Positions 28,150-38,135 of a DNA stretch of 64,000 bases are shown piece after piece. Below the pieces are notes generated by a model that was not told the DNA's origin, did not search any database, and saw only the letters and a list, made by a program, of their open reading frames with translations. This DNA comes from a virus (lineage: Duplodnaviria > Caudoviricetes). Positions within the stretch are counted from its first letter, which is position 1. Each line of letters begins with the position of its first letter. A program made the translations under genes and the position numbers. The stretch covers positions 1-64,000 of the IMG/VR virus record IMGVR_UViG_2788500073_000001, one strand, 5' to 3'.

Positions 28150-29394
28150 TTATCGTTTGTTCATCATCTCCACCAAAAGCAGCGTCGCCGCGTAGGCGGG
28201 AACATTTTTCCCATGGTAGAGATTTTTGCAGTTTTCTACGGCCTGGTTGGCAATATTGGTTCCCAGCGTACCGTAGATCTCACCAAATGTGCGGCCGGCA
28301 AACTGGCCCCTTGTGGAGGGATACCGGATTTGCATTACCAAGTCCTGATCGTTTTCCAGGAAGTTAATCGCCAGCTGGAGATCACGATTACGCATTTTCG
28401 TAGCAAATTCACCGTTGTTGCCGTTGATAAAGAACGCATCCACATCCTGATTTTGCTCATTGAAGAATCGCGGATCCAACTGCGGGTCTGGATAATTACC
28501 GGACATAGCCAGCATAATATAATCCCAAACCTTTTCTTCCGCTGTGCGCGGGTCTTCAGGCTCCGGCTCAACAGGAGACGCTTCAGTATCGGGTTGGAGG
28601 GAGGCGCCTTTTTCTGGTCCCTCCGGCGCCACTGGATCGCTCAACTCTTGTCGGCCAGCATCCTCTGTCACAACCGGCTGGGCAGGGGCTTCATCAGCCC
28701 GGCCCACATCAGCGGGAGGATCTGAGACAGGAACCGTGGCCTCTTTATCGGCTTTCGAACGTCTCTTTTTCACCGGCTTTTCTTCCGGCTGCTCTTCCGG
28801 TGCGGCAGCCTCCAGATCATGAATATCAATGATCTCGGAGGGCGCATTGGCATCTACTTTTGATTTCCCAGTCATGACCCCTGGCTGAGCCGGGGCAGCG
28901 GGAACCTCTGTAGGCGCCGCCTCATCCGGCGATCCAGCTGGTGCTGTTTCTGCAGCCTGCGGTTCCTCTGTCCCGAAAGTGTTCAGATCCAGCTGGCATC
29001 CATAGCCGGCAAAGTCCAATGCACGAGCGATCGCACGCGATTCCGCCGCTTCAATGAGTTTAATTCCGTCACCGTTCTGGCCGTCGGTCTGAGTATCTGC
29101 TGAGCCAAACGCATTGGCAATCGCTACGCCGTCAATGGTCACAGTCGCCTTCATGACAACCATGAACTCATCGCGGGAAACGATGTCTGTTTGGATTGTG
29201 CCGGCATTCCCATTTTTCAGCCGGAACCAAGTTACCTGAGAGCGGACCGGGAAAAATTTCCGAACCGGCTCGCCTTCAAAGGCAGGGGTAGATTCCTGTG
29301 CCAGAAGGGAAATGTCGATAGGAACTTCATTGATGGCTTTCAGCGCTTCGCAGTTGCCGCGATAGGGGGACGCCATTTTCTTCTCTGTTGTCAT
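28150..29394 (-). CDS. putative Rad52-like ssDNA-annealing protein with a long acidic linker
   Basis: 'V..WFR...IQTDIV...KATV...IEAAESRAIARAL..AGYG' N-terminal domain. Confidence 0.45.
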   Translation of the reverse strand: MTTEKKMASPYRGNCEALKAINEVPIDISLLAQESTPAFEGEPVRKFFPVRSQVTWFRLKNGNAGTIQTDIVSRDEFMVVMKATVTIDGVAIANAFGSADTQTDGQNGDGIKLIEAAESRAIARALDFAGYGCQLDLNTFGTEEPQAAETAPAGSPDEAAPTEVPAAPAQPGVMTGKSKVDANAPSEIIDIHDLEAAAPEEQPEEKPVKKRRSKADKEATVPVSDPPADVGRADEAPAQPVVTEDAGRQELSDPVAPEGPEKGASLQPDTEASPVEPEPEDPRTAEEKVWDYIMLAMSGNYPDPQLDPRFFNEQNQDVDAFFINGNNGEFATKMRNRDLQLAINFLENDQDLVMQIRYPSTRGQFAGRTFGEIYGTLGTNIANQAVENCKNLYHGKNVPAYAATLLLVEMMNKR

Positions 29395-29490
29395 TGTGAG
29401 TCCTCACTTTCTTACTTTTGTGGTTTTGGTTTCTATTTCTCTATGTGAAAAGGACTTCCCCCGACCAGGGAAAGCCCTTGAATTGGCAAT

Positions 29491-29650
29491 AAAAAAGGCA
29501 CGGTCGTGCCCAAAAGGGCGCAATCGTGCCGTTAGGTTTCACACCGGCCAGCTGTCAGCATGGACAGAAGGCCTTACTTTACTGCCTCGGTGGGCAGCGA
29601 ATACTTTCATGGAATACCTAGAGTGTACCCCCGTTTTTGTATCGTGTCAA
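29491..29650 (-). repeat. promoter-leader-terminator repeat, copy A
   Basis: TTGACA-17-TACACT, GTATTCCATG, hairpins P1 and P2, 15-bp terminator plus T6. Confidence 0.9.
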
Positions 29651-29682
29651 CACATCTTTGTTTTTTAATTCTTTTTAACACG

Positions 29683-31023
29683 TTATTTTCCCAATCTCTC
29701 CTCCAGAAGCATCCGGTCCTCCGCTGTTATGGAGTCTCCACCCATGGCAAATTCAATCAGGTCAGAGACGGAATTATTTAACCCAACCCCGTTATAGCTG
29801 CTCAGGTTGTCCACATCGGAAAACCGGCGGAACAGCGTTTTGTAGACCCTGACCCCCGTGAATGGATCGACAACGGAAGCCGTCATTTCAATAGCCGCGC
29901 TCTGGCTGCCTGTTTCTGTGCTGGTTAAGATGAAATAGCGAAGGCTGCACTCCAAAGAAGCCATACGTTCTTTCATCGCCTCCTCCATACCGGAATAATC
30001 ATCAAATTTTCGCTGATAGGAGGGATAGGTGGAGCTGATGGCGAAATGGCTGTCCAGATCGTCCCCGCCAAAGGAAAGTGTGGCCAGTGCGTCCATATCG
30101 CTCTTTTGAATGCCATCCACTGCCGTGTTCAGATATTCAACCAAGTCTTCATTGCCGAAAGCAGCTTCGGAAATCTCCCGTGCGTTGCCATAATCGTTTT
30201 TGAGCAGAAGGTCACCGCCGCGGGTGCCCTGGAACTCCACAGCGCCCCAGAAGAACGCATACTGGGGGATTTCATCGCCATAGGTATAGGATGTGGGATA
30301 ATACAGCATGGGCACATCATCTTCTATCAGGAACTCCAGCTTTACAAGATCTGTGCTTGCCGGAACACTGCCCATATCCATAGCAGAAATCGCCGCTGCC
30401 GCCCCTGTGGCTTTGAAAGAGGTCATCTCCTGATCGTATGCGGAATCTTCCCCTGCCGCAAGCTCAGGTGCTCTGGAGGCCATGTAGGGCGTTGTGACAG
30501 CGAGTGTAACGGTAACAAAATTGGACTGGCTGGGATCACCTCTGATTTCCAGTATCTCATAGGTCGTGGCACTCCCCATATTTCGGAACGCATCGCCGAT
30601 CGCCTCGTCCGCCAGACAGGTGTCCAGCATCAGCCGAAAGGGGTTATATTCCCCGCCGAAGGTGCGCGGTGAAACCTGCTGTTCGATGGTCTGCTCGTCA
30701 AGGGCCAACAACTTCGGAAGCATCTCCTCAATATTCCGGTCAACCTCTTCTTTTGTCAGCGTTGTGGGGGAGAGGTTGGAAAAATCCACTTCCGGGTAGG
30801 GCTGCTCATAATCCTGGTTGGTAGAATCAATATCCGGGATCTCCGATACCTGGGAAGACGATCCTTCCTGCTCACTGGAGAGGGAAGAAGAAGGCTCGCT
30901 TTCCGAACTGCCTGGCTCCTCCGTTGGCTCAGAGGACGGCTTTAAAAGCAGGAAGGCGCCGATTGCGACGACAGCTGCCGCTGCAATCAGCAGTGCCAGC
31001 GTTTTGGGTGATAGCTTTTTCAT
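29683..31023 (-). CDS. membrane-anchored or secreted acidic protein
   Basis: N-terminal TM/signal segment, Ser/Glu linker; adjacent to a signal peptidase. Confidence 0.7.
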   Translation of the reverse strand: MKKLSPKTLALLIAAAAVVAIGAFLLLKPSSEPTEEPGSSESEPSSSLSSEQEGSSSQVSEIPDIDSTNQDYEQPYPEVDFSNLSPTTLTKEEVDRNIEEMLPKLLALDEQTIEQQVSPRTFGGEYNPFRLMLDTCLADEAIGDAFRNMGSATTYEILEIRGDPSQSNFVTVTLAVTTPYMASRAPELAAGEDSAYDQEMTSFKATGAAAAISAMDMGSVPASTDLVKLEFLIEDDVPMLYYPTSYTYGDEIPQYAFFWGAVEFQGTRGGDLLLKNDYGNAREISEAAFGNEDLVEYLNTAVDGIQKSDMDALATLSFGGDDLDSHFAISSTYPSYQRKFDDYSGMEEAMKERMASLECSLRYFILTSTETGSQSAAIEMTASVVDPFTGVRVYKTLFRRFSDVDNLSSYNGVGLNNSVSDLIEFAMGGDSITAEDRMLLEERLGK

Positions 31024-31038
31024 TTGACAATCTCCTTT

Positions 31039-31542
31039 TTAGAAATGTGGAAGGGAAAATAGTTTTCTTTTTGCGACTGACCGGATTGCGGACGCTGGTA
31101 TGTAGGGGTTCTCCCAGTACCGGGCGTCATACGAGTGCTGACGGTTATCCCCCAGAAGCAGGTAGCAGCCTTCTGGAACTTGAAATATCTGCTCCTGGCC
31201 CTCCCTCTGGAATGACACATATTCCTCCCGAAGGGTTTTACCGTCAACAAAAATTGTCCCATCATCGGCAATTCGGACCTCTTCGCCGGGAAGGCCAATA
31301 ATCCTCTTGATCAGCATGGAGCCATCCTTTTCAAAGACGACAATATCTCCCCGTTCCAGTTCTGAAAAAACTCGGCTGCCCAAAAGGACATCGCCGCTGT
31401 TTAATGTGGGCGACATGCTTTCGCTGGGGACATACATCAGCATAAATACGCCTTGGAACAGAATGGTGGGAATCAACATAGCCAACGCCAGCAATACGAT
31501 AGCTTTGCCGAAAGAAACCGTGTGAACTGGATGCTGCGTCAT
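31039..31542 (-). CDS. lepB: signal peptidase I
   Basis: 'VPSESMSPTL', 'IKRIIGLPG', 'LGDNRQHSYDAR'. Confidence 0.92.
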   Translation of the reverse strand: MTQHPVHTVSFGKAIVLLALAMLIPTILFQGVFMLMYVPSESMSPTLNSGDVLLGSRVFSELERGDIVVFEKDGSMLIKRIIGLPGEEVRIADDGTIFVDGKTLREEYVSFQREGQEQIFQVPEGCYLLLGDNRQHSYDARYWENPYIPASAIRSVAKRKLFSLPHF

Positions 31543-31545
31543 ACC

Positions 31546-32046
31546 TTACTCCAGACCGGATTTAGGCGGCCGGTCCTCCACAAATTCGGTGGCGTCCCCT
31601 GCAGATTCCTCCCATTCTTCATCGCTGGGCAATTCGAAGTCCTCCGCGTGAAAGAAATCCGGCTGAGTCGTCATTTTCAAAGACTCATCCAGCTTGGGAT
31701 GCGCCGGATCGGAAGTACCGTTTGAGACATAATTGGAAGAATCTAAATAGCCCTCCAGCATCATGGGCATTTGGAGATGGAACCTGTACTCGGATTCCTC
31801 CGGCGCGTCTTCATTCCGGATATAGTCGTACTTGCCATCGTAAATCTCTTCATTGAAAACATCTTCCGCCATCCACTTGGCCACGTCCGCTTTGGCGACA
31901 ACGGCATTCAGCCCCACCGCCGATACCGTTACAGCAGCAGACGCCAACGCAATAGCGGAAAGGTTCCGGGGCGTGAAAAACTGGCCGTAATACCGCCTGG
32001 TGTGCTGAAGGCAGGCTCGAAGATTTGTGTGGATCCGCTTCATCAA
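31546..32046 (-). CDS. secreted hypothetical protein
   Basis: Hydrophobic segment with an A-X-A site; GGAGGAG RBS. Confidence 0.55.
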   Translation of the reverse strand: MMKRIHTNLRACLQHTRRYYGQFFTPRNLSAIALASAAVTVSAVGLNAVVAKADVAKWMAEDVFNEEIYDGKYDYIRNEDAPEESEYRFHLQMPMMLEGYLDSSNYVSNGTSDPAHPKLDESLKMTTQPDFFHAEDFELPSDEEWEESAGDATEFVEDRPPKSGLE

Positions 32047-32048
32047 AA

Positions 32049-32489
32049 TTACTCCTCCTTCCGGGATTTTTGACTTCTGAGGGTCAAGGTGTAGGGGCTC
32101 TCAATCCGGTCGATTGTCATAATACCGGACGCCTTATCGAATACGGCAGCTTGGATGCCGACGGCCGTTTGCTCACTGGCTGATGGGATTGCTCCCGCGG
32201 TGTTGCCTGGATAGCTCACCTTCACCGCGGCGTCCTTGGGGACTACCACAAGACGGTAGCCCAGCAAGTCCAAAAAGCCGGGAATACGCTGGAATTTCAA
32301 CCCATAGTTTGTGAGCCAGCCCATAAAGCCGCTATAACTTGGCCTGTTCCCGGAGGAGGTATCGACCTCGGAAGCCTCCCTGCAATATAGCTCGTAAAAA
32401 TCCTTATAGGTCATCTTATTGGCAGAAAGCAGGAAGCGGAACAGCTTGTCTTCCACTATCCGGCGGCTGTATGGCCGTTCTTTCGGCAT
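32049..32489 (-). CDS. putative HTH DNA-binding protein
   Basis: 'FLDLLGYRLVVVPK' end-of-HTH motif. Confidence 0.45.
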   Translation of the reverse strand: MPKERPYSRRIVEDKLFRFLLSANKMTYKDFYELYCREASEVDTSSGNRPSYSGFMGWLTNYGLKFQRIPGFLDLLGYRLVVVPKDAAVKVSYPGNTAGAIPSASEQTAVGIQAAVFDKASGIMTIDRIESPYTLTLRSQKSRKEE

Positions 32490-32641
32490 AGTATCATCTC
32501 CTGTCAAGATCCCAGCCTCAGAGACGGGCAATCAGTCGGGGCAATAGAATGAGCAAGGAAGGTTTGTGGAAGAAGGACCATTTGCATTTCTATTGTGACT
32601 ACCCGTCTCTCAAGCTGGGAATGCGATTTGTTTTGAAAAAC

Positions 32642-32996
32642 CGGGGCCGCAGGGAATCGAACCCTGATAAACCTTTCAACCCCATAGAGCGCCTGGTTTT
32701 CCAGGCGCCTTATGCCGGCCTTAACCCATACCGGCTTGCCCTGTCCCTCCGGCTCAGGCCGAACAACGCACTGAACTCCGAGCCAGCCTTCTTCCCTTTA
32801 GGGCTTCCGACACGTTCACAGGTGTCCACTCCATCTCTTTTCCCAGGGAGAGAACTGGTTAAGACAGGAGCGTTTTGCCGGGACAGATAATCATTTTTTC
32901 AGCCTGGTTCCCGGCCCAGGCCATTATTGCGTGCGATGGGGGGCGACCCCATACCTCCGGTTGGGCCCTCCGGCGTGCTCATTACACCACGCCCAC
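32642..32996 (-). ncRNA. candidate ncRNA with two degenerate tRNA-like domains and a pseudoknot
   Basis: Cloverleaf 32996-32928; canonical T arm CAGGG-TTCGATT-CCCTG at 32666-32650; upstream promoter at 33012-33044. Confidence 0.5.
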
Positions 32997-33047
32997 ATAT
33001 CCGTCTACTATCATTATAGTAAAAAAAACAGAAAAAACGACCAAAAT

Positions 33048-33076
33048 AAAAAAAGCCTCCACGAGGGAGGCTTTTT
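33048..33076. terminator. bidirectional terminator after the helicase gene
   Basis: AAAAAGCCTCC-ACGAG-GGAGGCTTTTT. Confidence 0.8.
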
Positions 33077-33091
33077 CTGCTTTTGAACGGC

Positions 33092-36000
33092 TTATGCCGT
33101 CAGCAATTCGGTCAGTTCAGCATATTCCTCCTTGAGTTGATCCAGCCGCTCCTGCTGTTCAAACGGCTCACTGAGCAATGCTTCAGCGGATTTGAGAGCG
33201 AGTTCGTTGGATCTGAGTTTATCCTGTTTTTCTTTCAGGGAATCCGGGATGCCGTTTACGATCTCGTCACAGAGCTTCAGGACAGAGATGCCCTTGAAAA
33301 TAATGCGATCCTGATCCAGCCTGTGTGTTGCCTTCCCCTGAAGGGCGATCGTGTAATCCTTGGCAGCAAAGAACGAAGATACGGCGTCTTGTCTGACTGC
33401 CACGATCTCCATTCCATTGTACTTCCCCAGTATATCTCCCTGCTCTAGTTTCACAACTTTTGGGCCGAGCACCTTAATAGCCTCGCTCCATTCCTCCTTG
33501 TTGTTGAGATGATAGCTTTTCCCGTCACATTCCAGAACAGGATCCCCATAATATGACTTGAGATGGGAAGCATCCTGCTCCAGCCTGGGGATCAGCTCCT
33601 TCAGATACTGGATGGTATGTGGGATGTTGATATGCACATCCTGTTTCAGACGGCTGCGCTGTGAGTCAAATCCACGCTTGAGGGTTTCCAGCCTGGCGAT
33701 CTCGCCTTCCAGCTTGGCGCGCTGGAGAAAACGGGTATCGCCGGTTGCGATCGCTTTGATCTCCGAATAGGTCAGCACCTTGGTATCGCTGTCCTCGATC
33801 GTGCGATGCGAGTAATCACCGCGCAGCACCTGGGAAATCAGTTTCGCCTTGAGCTCAATCAGCTGCCACATGTAGCTGTCAAACGACCCTTCTGTGACGT
33901 AGTTGAACACAAAGACGGTCGTGTGCATATTGCCGGGCCGTTCGATCCGCCCCTGCCGCTGGTCAATATCCTTCGGCGTCCACGGCACGTCCAAGTTATG
34001 GAGGGCAATGAGCCGGTTCTGGATATTGACCCCTTGGCCGATGGTGGCCGTCGATCCGATCAGCACACGCAGCCTGCCAGACTGCATTTTAATTCGCATA
34101 GAGGTCTGCTGCTTGGCAGTCTTAAAATCGTGGGCGAAGGCAATTTCGTCCTCGGGGATCCCCAGCTTCACCAGCTTCTGTTTCAAAGCGTCATAGACAT
34201 TGAAACCAGCCTGATTCGGGGTGGAGATGTCGCTGAAGGCCACCTGTGTAGCACGCAGGGACTGGTACTTCTGATAGAATTCCCAAATCCTATCGGCACA
34301 CTGGTTCACCTTATTGGTCTTGCTTTCAGGCGCCCTGGGACGGACCGTGCGGATGTCCAAAGCAGCTTTCCGTCCATCCACCGTAACAGCCAGCATATTG
34401 TCCTTATTTTTCTTGGTGCGGCCCTGACGGATCAGGTTGGCGCGCTCTACCAGCTCCTGCATATAGGCTTTCTGCTCAATGCTGGCAGGGCAGCTGACTG
34501 TTTGTATAACCACATCCGGCGTGTTCATCTGGATCTGGTCTTTGGTGACGGTATCCAGGAATTGCAAGACCATCTTCATGAGTTCAGGCACGTTTTTGAA
34601 GGAGGAAACCCGCCTTACCTGACGGAACCCTTCTCCATTTTCGTTCAGCCCTTCCGGCGGCAGCTCCCAATCGGTCGTAATATTGCCGTAGAGGGCAAGC
34701 CAGTCGTCCAGACCGAAAATGTTCTTTTCGATCAAGAGGTCTTCCTGGAAATACCGCTGGAGGGAATAGAGCTCGGTAATGCTGTTGACGATCGCCGTGC
34801 CGGTGGCAAAAGTGAAGCCGCCCTTCCCGCCATACAGACTTGCCAGGTATTTGGTTTTATAGTAGAGGTCGGTACACTTGGCCGAAGCGGTATTGGAAAC
34901 GCCGCGGAGTCCGTTCCCGCCGGTGGGGCAGTAGAGGTTTTTAAACTCGTGCGACTCGTCCACAAAGAGATAGTCGATTCCCAGTTCCTCCAGGTTATAA
35001 TCCGCGGATTGGTTCGCCAGGAAGTTCTGGGCCTGGTCCTCCCGCATCCGGGGTGTAACCAGATCCGCTGTGGTAACGCGGCTGTTTTCAGAGAACCGCA
35101 CACGGCGCATCAGTTCGGCGTTGTGCCAGATGGTCTTCTGCACAGAATCTGTCGGGGTCGGAATCAGGCTGAACGAGGAAGAACCGAGAATGATGGCGTC
35201 ATAATCCCCCAATGCCATGCGGGTGAGGAACCGTTTCCGGCGTGCTTTGCGCATGTCGGCCGGATCCGCCAGCAAAATGTTGGCGGAGGGGTAAAGGCGC
35301 ATCATCTCGCCTCCCCACTGCGGCAAGAGATTGTTCGGGACCAAGTAGAGGGGTTTGTTAATCCTTCCAAGACGCTTGAGTTCCATTCCGGCAGCCAACA
35401 GGGTGATGGTTTTTCCGCTGCCCACTGTATGGCCGATCAAGGCGCCGTTTTCCCGGATGATCCGGTATACTGCGTTTTTTTGATGCGGCTTGAGCTCAAT
35501 GGCAGCGGTCATTCCTGGAAAGGTCAGATGGCTTCCGTCATATTTAGGAACCACCTCATTGTTGTACTGCTGGTTATAGGCCGAAACGATTTCTGTTTCC
35601 CGTGTGGGGTCCTGGAAGATCCACTCACGGAATGCGTCCTCGATGAGGCGGCATTTTTCCAAAAGGATGACCGTTTTCTCATGATCCCGGACCTTGTGGA
35701 TTTTTCCGCTGGCGTCCGTTTCCTCTTTGGTCGCTACTACTTCATACTTGTTCATCAACCGTTGGGTCAGCCAAATCGCGTTATATTCCACCGTGCCGTA
35801 AACACTGCAGAATTCCGGGTTGGTAGCGGCAATGTAACAGTAGGTTTTGATCTTGTATCCTCCGTTCGCCTTCTTTTGAATGAGGAAGCTGTTGGGCCCG
35901 CGTCCAGTCTTTTTCTTCCCAATCTTTTCAAACAGGAATTGGGAAACGTAATCGGGGGACAGGAAGGGGGAACCCAGGGTGACATCAATATCCTCCGCCG

Positions 36001-38044
36001 GGATCAGCGGCGGCTGGGCCGCTTCCAGTGCTTTTACATTGGGCTCATAAGCCGGATCAGCGGCAGCAGTGGCTTTTGCTTCCTCCAGCTTTTGAAGGAC
36101 ATTGCCGCTCAGGTACTGGTCGCTGGTGAGCCATTCGTCCTCTTCGCTTTTGGCAGCGGGGTTCTTAAAGATCTGGCTGCCAGCCAGCTCCTGCAGCACG
36201 TCAGCTTCATCCATTTTGCACAGGCCGGCAATGTAGCGGATGTCTACCCATCCTTTGTGGTCCAGGCAGACAAAGAGAGATTCCTGCGGAGTATCACAGG
36301 AAGTGATGGCTTTCCGCATCTTGATGGTGCGTTTGGTGAAGATGTCGGCCTTGTGGACCACATCTTCCTCATCCGTGTATTCCAGAGAGGTGAGAAGAGA
36401 GGCTTCGGCATCCTCACGGAAGAGTCGGAGGTTTACCGGTTTGGTGAGAGGCCCGAATTCTTCTACAAACTGATCGTAGAAAAGATTGAGCTTTTCCTGC
36501 TCGGGCTCCAACTCTTCATCGGTACACTCCGCAATCTGCATCTGAATTACTTTCCGGGCCTGGTTGCGAATGGCGATCATACCCTTCACACGCTCCAGAG
36601 AACGGCCGGTGAATTTCTGCTTAATCATACGGCTGTCCACACGCTGGTACACCTCGCCGCCGATGAGAACCATCCCGAAGTTTTTGACGCCGGGAACAGC
36701 CGGAAGGCTTTGCCCATCTTCCGTTTCCTCATCCGTTTCTACCTCCTGATAGATCCCATCACATCCCCAGCCTTTTACGGCGGCATGGAACATCTTGACC
36801 TGGTTGCTTTCATCAACCGGTTCGACCGATTGAGGCGTTTTCATTTCAGGGACAAATTCGCCGATCATGCACTCGGGGTGTTCTTCATAATATGCAATGT
36901 GGCCGCGGGAAGGCTGAAACTGAGCGGTGTCCAGGGCGGATTTTTTTCGGGCTTTGGTAAACACCAGGATGTCGTAACAACACCCGTTGCCAAAAGCGTC
37001 ATAATCCATCCGCAGGCCGCCCACCAGCCGGACAGGGATTGCTGAAAGGATAAAGGGAACCTCCCTCCACAGCTGATCCACTGTTTTGCTGTCCATCATT
37101 ACCAGGAGAAGGCCGCCAGACCGTACTGCATTGACGGATCGCAGCATGGAAGCCGCGTAGTTGGGCAGTTCCAGGCCGCCGCCCTTCCTGCCGCGAAGGA
37201 TCTTAGTCCCTTTTGGATAGGAAGGGGCCATTGTGATCGCCAGGTCGTAATAACTGTCCTGGAGAAAGTCGTCCTCTGCCGTGATCTCGCTGGTGGGGAA
37301 TAACAGCGACTGAATGTCACCGCTCAGCCTGTCTGTGGCGTCAATCGTCACGCGGCTGGTCTTCACCAGCTTCTTGGGCAGCGAGCGGAGAATGGCGCCG
37401 TTTCCGGCGCCGTGGATCAGGATGTTCCCAGACTGGAAGCCTGCAGCCTTCAGGATACCGGAAACGGCGCGACGCACGATATGGCTGGGCGCATAAGGGT
37501 ACTGGGGGAGCGATTCAAACTCGTTAATTTCTTCGTCCGTGAAATGGGTTTCCAAGGTGTGCCGATGCTCCTGAACAGGGATCCCTTCCCAGCCGGAATA
37601 AGCGGCAAGGATCTCCTGGCTGGCAGTATCGGCATACTCATTTGCCAGGATAAGGCGTTTTGCCTCAAGGATCGCGTCAATATTCGCTTTGACCCGATCC
37701 GCTCCGTCCACAATCGGTTCCGGTTCGGCAGAAGGCGAAAACACCTTTGCTTTCCCTTTGCGGATGATAAGGTTTTGCACTGTCGGCAGATCCTGTTCCG
37801 CCTCCTTGTCCCACTCGATAAGCGGGGCTTTTTTCGGAGTGCTCTGAACGGTTTCCTCCGCTTCAGAATCATTTGCGAAGGAAGTGGGATCATCGTCTTC
37901 TTCTGCGAACATGGCTTCCCAATCCATTTGGTTCAGGTCATCCAGGGTGAGGATACCGGACTGACTACATTCATTGCCTGAAAGCAGACCGAATAAATCC
38001 TCGAAAGATACCTGCTTCATAGCAGGCGCTTGGTTTTTTGTCAT
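33092..38044 (-). CDS. DarB-like SNF2/SF2 helicase with an N-terminal methyltransferase-like domain
   Basis: 'HTVGSGKT', 'LFVDESH', 'ATGT', 'QRQGRIERPGN'; degenerate MTase fold at the N-terminus. Confidence 0.85.
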   Translation of the reverse strand: MTKNQAPAMKQVSFEDLFGLLSGNECSQSGILTLDDLNQMDWEAMFAEEDDDPTSFANDSEAEETVQSTPKKAPLIEWDKEAEQDLPTVQNLIIRKGKAKVFSPSAEPEPIVDGADRVKANIDAILEAKRLILANEYADTASQEILAAYSGWEGIPVQEHRHTLETHFTDEEINEFESLPQYPYAPSHIVRRAVSGILKAAGFQSGNILIHGAGNGAILRSLPKKLVKTSRVTIDATDRLSGDIQSLLFPTSEITAEDDFLQDSYYDLAITMAPSYPKGTKILRGRKGGGLELPNYAASMLRSVNAVRSGGLLLVMMDSKTVDQLWREVPFILSAIPVRLVGGLRMDYDAFGNGCCYDILVFTKARKKSALDTAQFQPSRGHIAYYEEHPECMIGEFVPEMKTPQSVEPVDESNQVKMFHAAVKGWGCDGIYQEVETDEETEDGQSLPAVPGVKNFGMVLIGGEVYQRVDSRMIKQKFTGRSLERVKGMIAIRNQARKVIQMQIAECTDEELEPEQEKLNLFYDQFVEEFGPLTKPVNLRLFREDAEASLLTSLEYTDEEDVVHKADIFTKRTIKMRKAITSCDTPQESLFVCLDHKGWVDIRYIAGLCKMDEADVLQELAGSQIFKNPAAKSEEDEWLTSDQYLSGNVLQKLEEAKATAAADPAYEPNVKALEAAQPPLIPAEDIDVTLGSPFLSPDYVSQFLFEKIGKKKTGRGPNSFLIQKKANGGYKIKTYCYIAATNPEFCSVYGTVEYNAIWLTQRLMNKYEVVATKEETDASGKIHKVRDHEKTVILLEKCRLIEDAFREWIFQDPTRETEIVSAYNQQYNNEVVPKYDGSHLTFPGMTAAIELKPHQKNAVYRIIRENGALIGHTVGSGKTITLLAAGMELKRLGRINKPLYLVPNNLLPQWGGEMMRLYPSANILLADPADMRKARRKRFLTRMALGDYDAIILGSSSFSLIPTPTDSVQKTIWHNAELMRRVRFSENSRVTTADLVTPRMREDQAQNFLANQSADYNLEELGIDYLFVDESHEFKNLYCPTGGNGLRGVSNTASAKCTDLYYKTKYLASLYGGKGGFTFATGTAIVNSITELYSLQRYFQEDLLIEKNIFGLDDWLALYGNITTDWELPPEGLNENGEGFRQVRRVSSFKNVPELMKMVLQFLDTVTKDQIQMNTPDVVIQTVSCPASIEQKAYMQELVERANLIRQGRTKKNKDNMLAVTVDGRKAALDIRTVRPRAPESKTNKVNQCADRIWEFYQKYQSLRATQVAFSDISTPNQAGFNVYDALKQKLVKLGIPEDEIAFAHDFKTAKQQTSMRIKMQSGRLRVLIGSTATIGQGVNIQNRLIALHNLDVPWTPKDIDQRQGRIERPGNMHTTVFVFNYVTEGSFDSYMWQLIELKAKLISQVLRGDYSHRTIEDSDTKVLTYSEIKAIATGDTRFLQRAKLEGEIARLETLKRGFDSQRSRLKQDVHINIPHTIQYLKELIPRLEQDASHLKSYYGDPVLECDGKSYHLNNKEEWSEAIKVLGPKVVKLEQGDILGKYNGMEIVAVRQDAVSSFFAAKDYTIALQGKATHRLDQDRIIFKGISVLKLCDEIVNGIPDSLKEKQDKLRSNELALKSAEALLSEPFEQQERLDQLKEEYAELTELLTA

Positions 38045-38135
38045 GACAATTCCTTCTTTCATTGGTTTTTGGCTTTTCTCTATGTAAAAAGGCCATCCCT
38101 TCTGACCAGGAAGGGACAGGCCTTGAATTGGCAAT

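Noticed and set aside
29491-29650. Repeat as a hammerhead or pistol ribozyme, CRISPR repeat or IS/MITE
   Set aside because: No CUGANGA core; stem order differs from pistol; copies are kilobases apart with no spacers or cas genes; no terminal inverted repeats or target duplications seen.
32642-32996. tmRNA or functional tRNA genes
   Set aside because: No G3:U70 pair, no tag ending in an AA-type motif, a non-canonical T loop in one domain and a collapsed anticodon loop in the other.
33806-37045. 1079-aa plus-strand ORF (and similar long antisense ORFs at 16168-17700, 23700-24869 and 50102-51529)
   Set aside because: Antisense shadows of well-supported genes in GC-rich codon space; no recognisable motifs.
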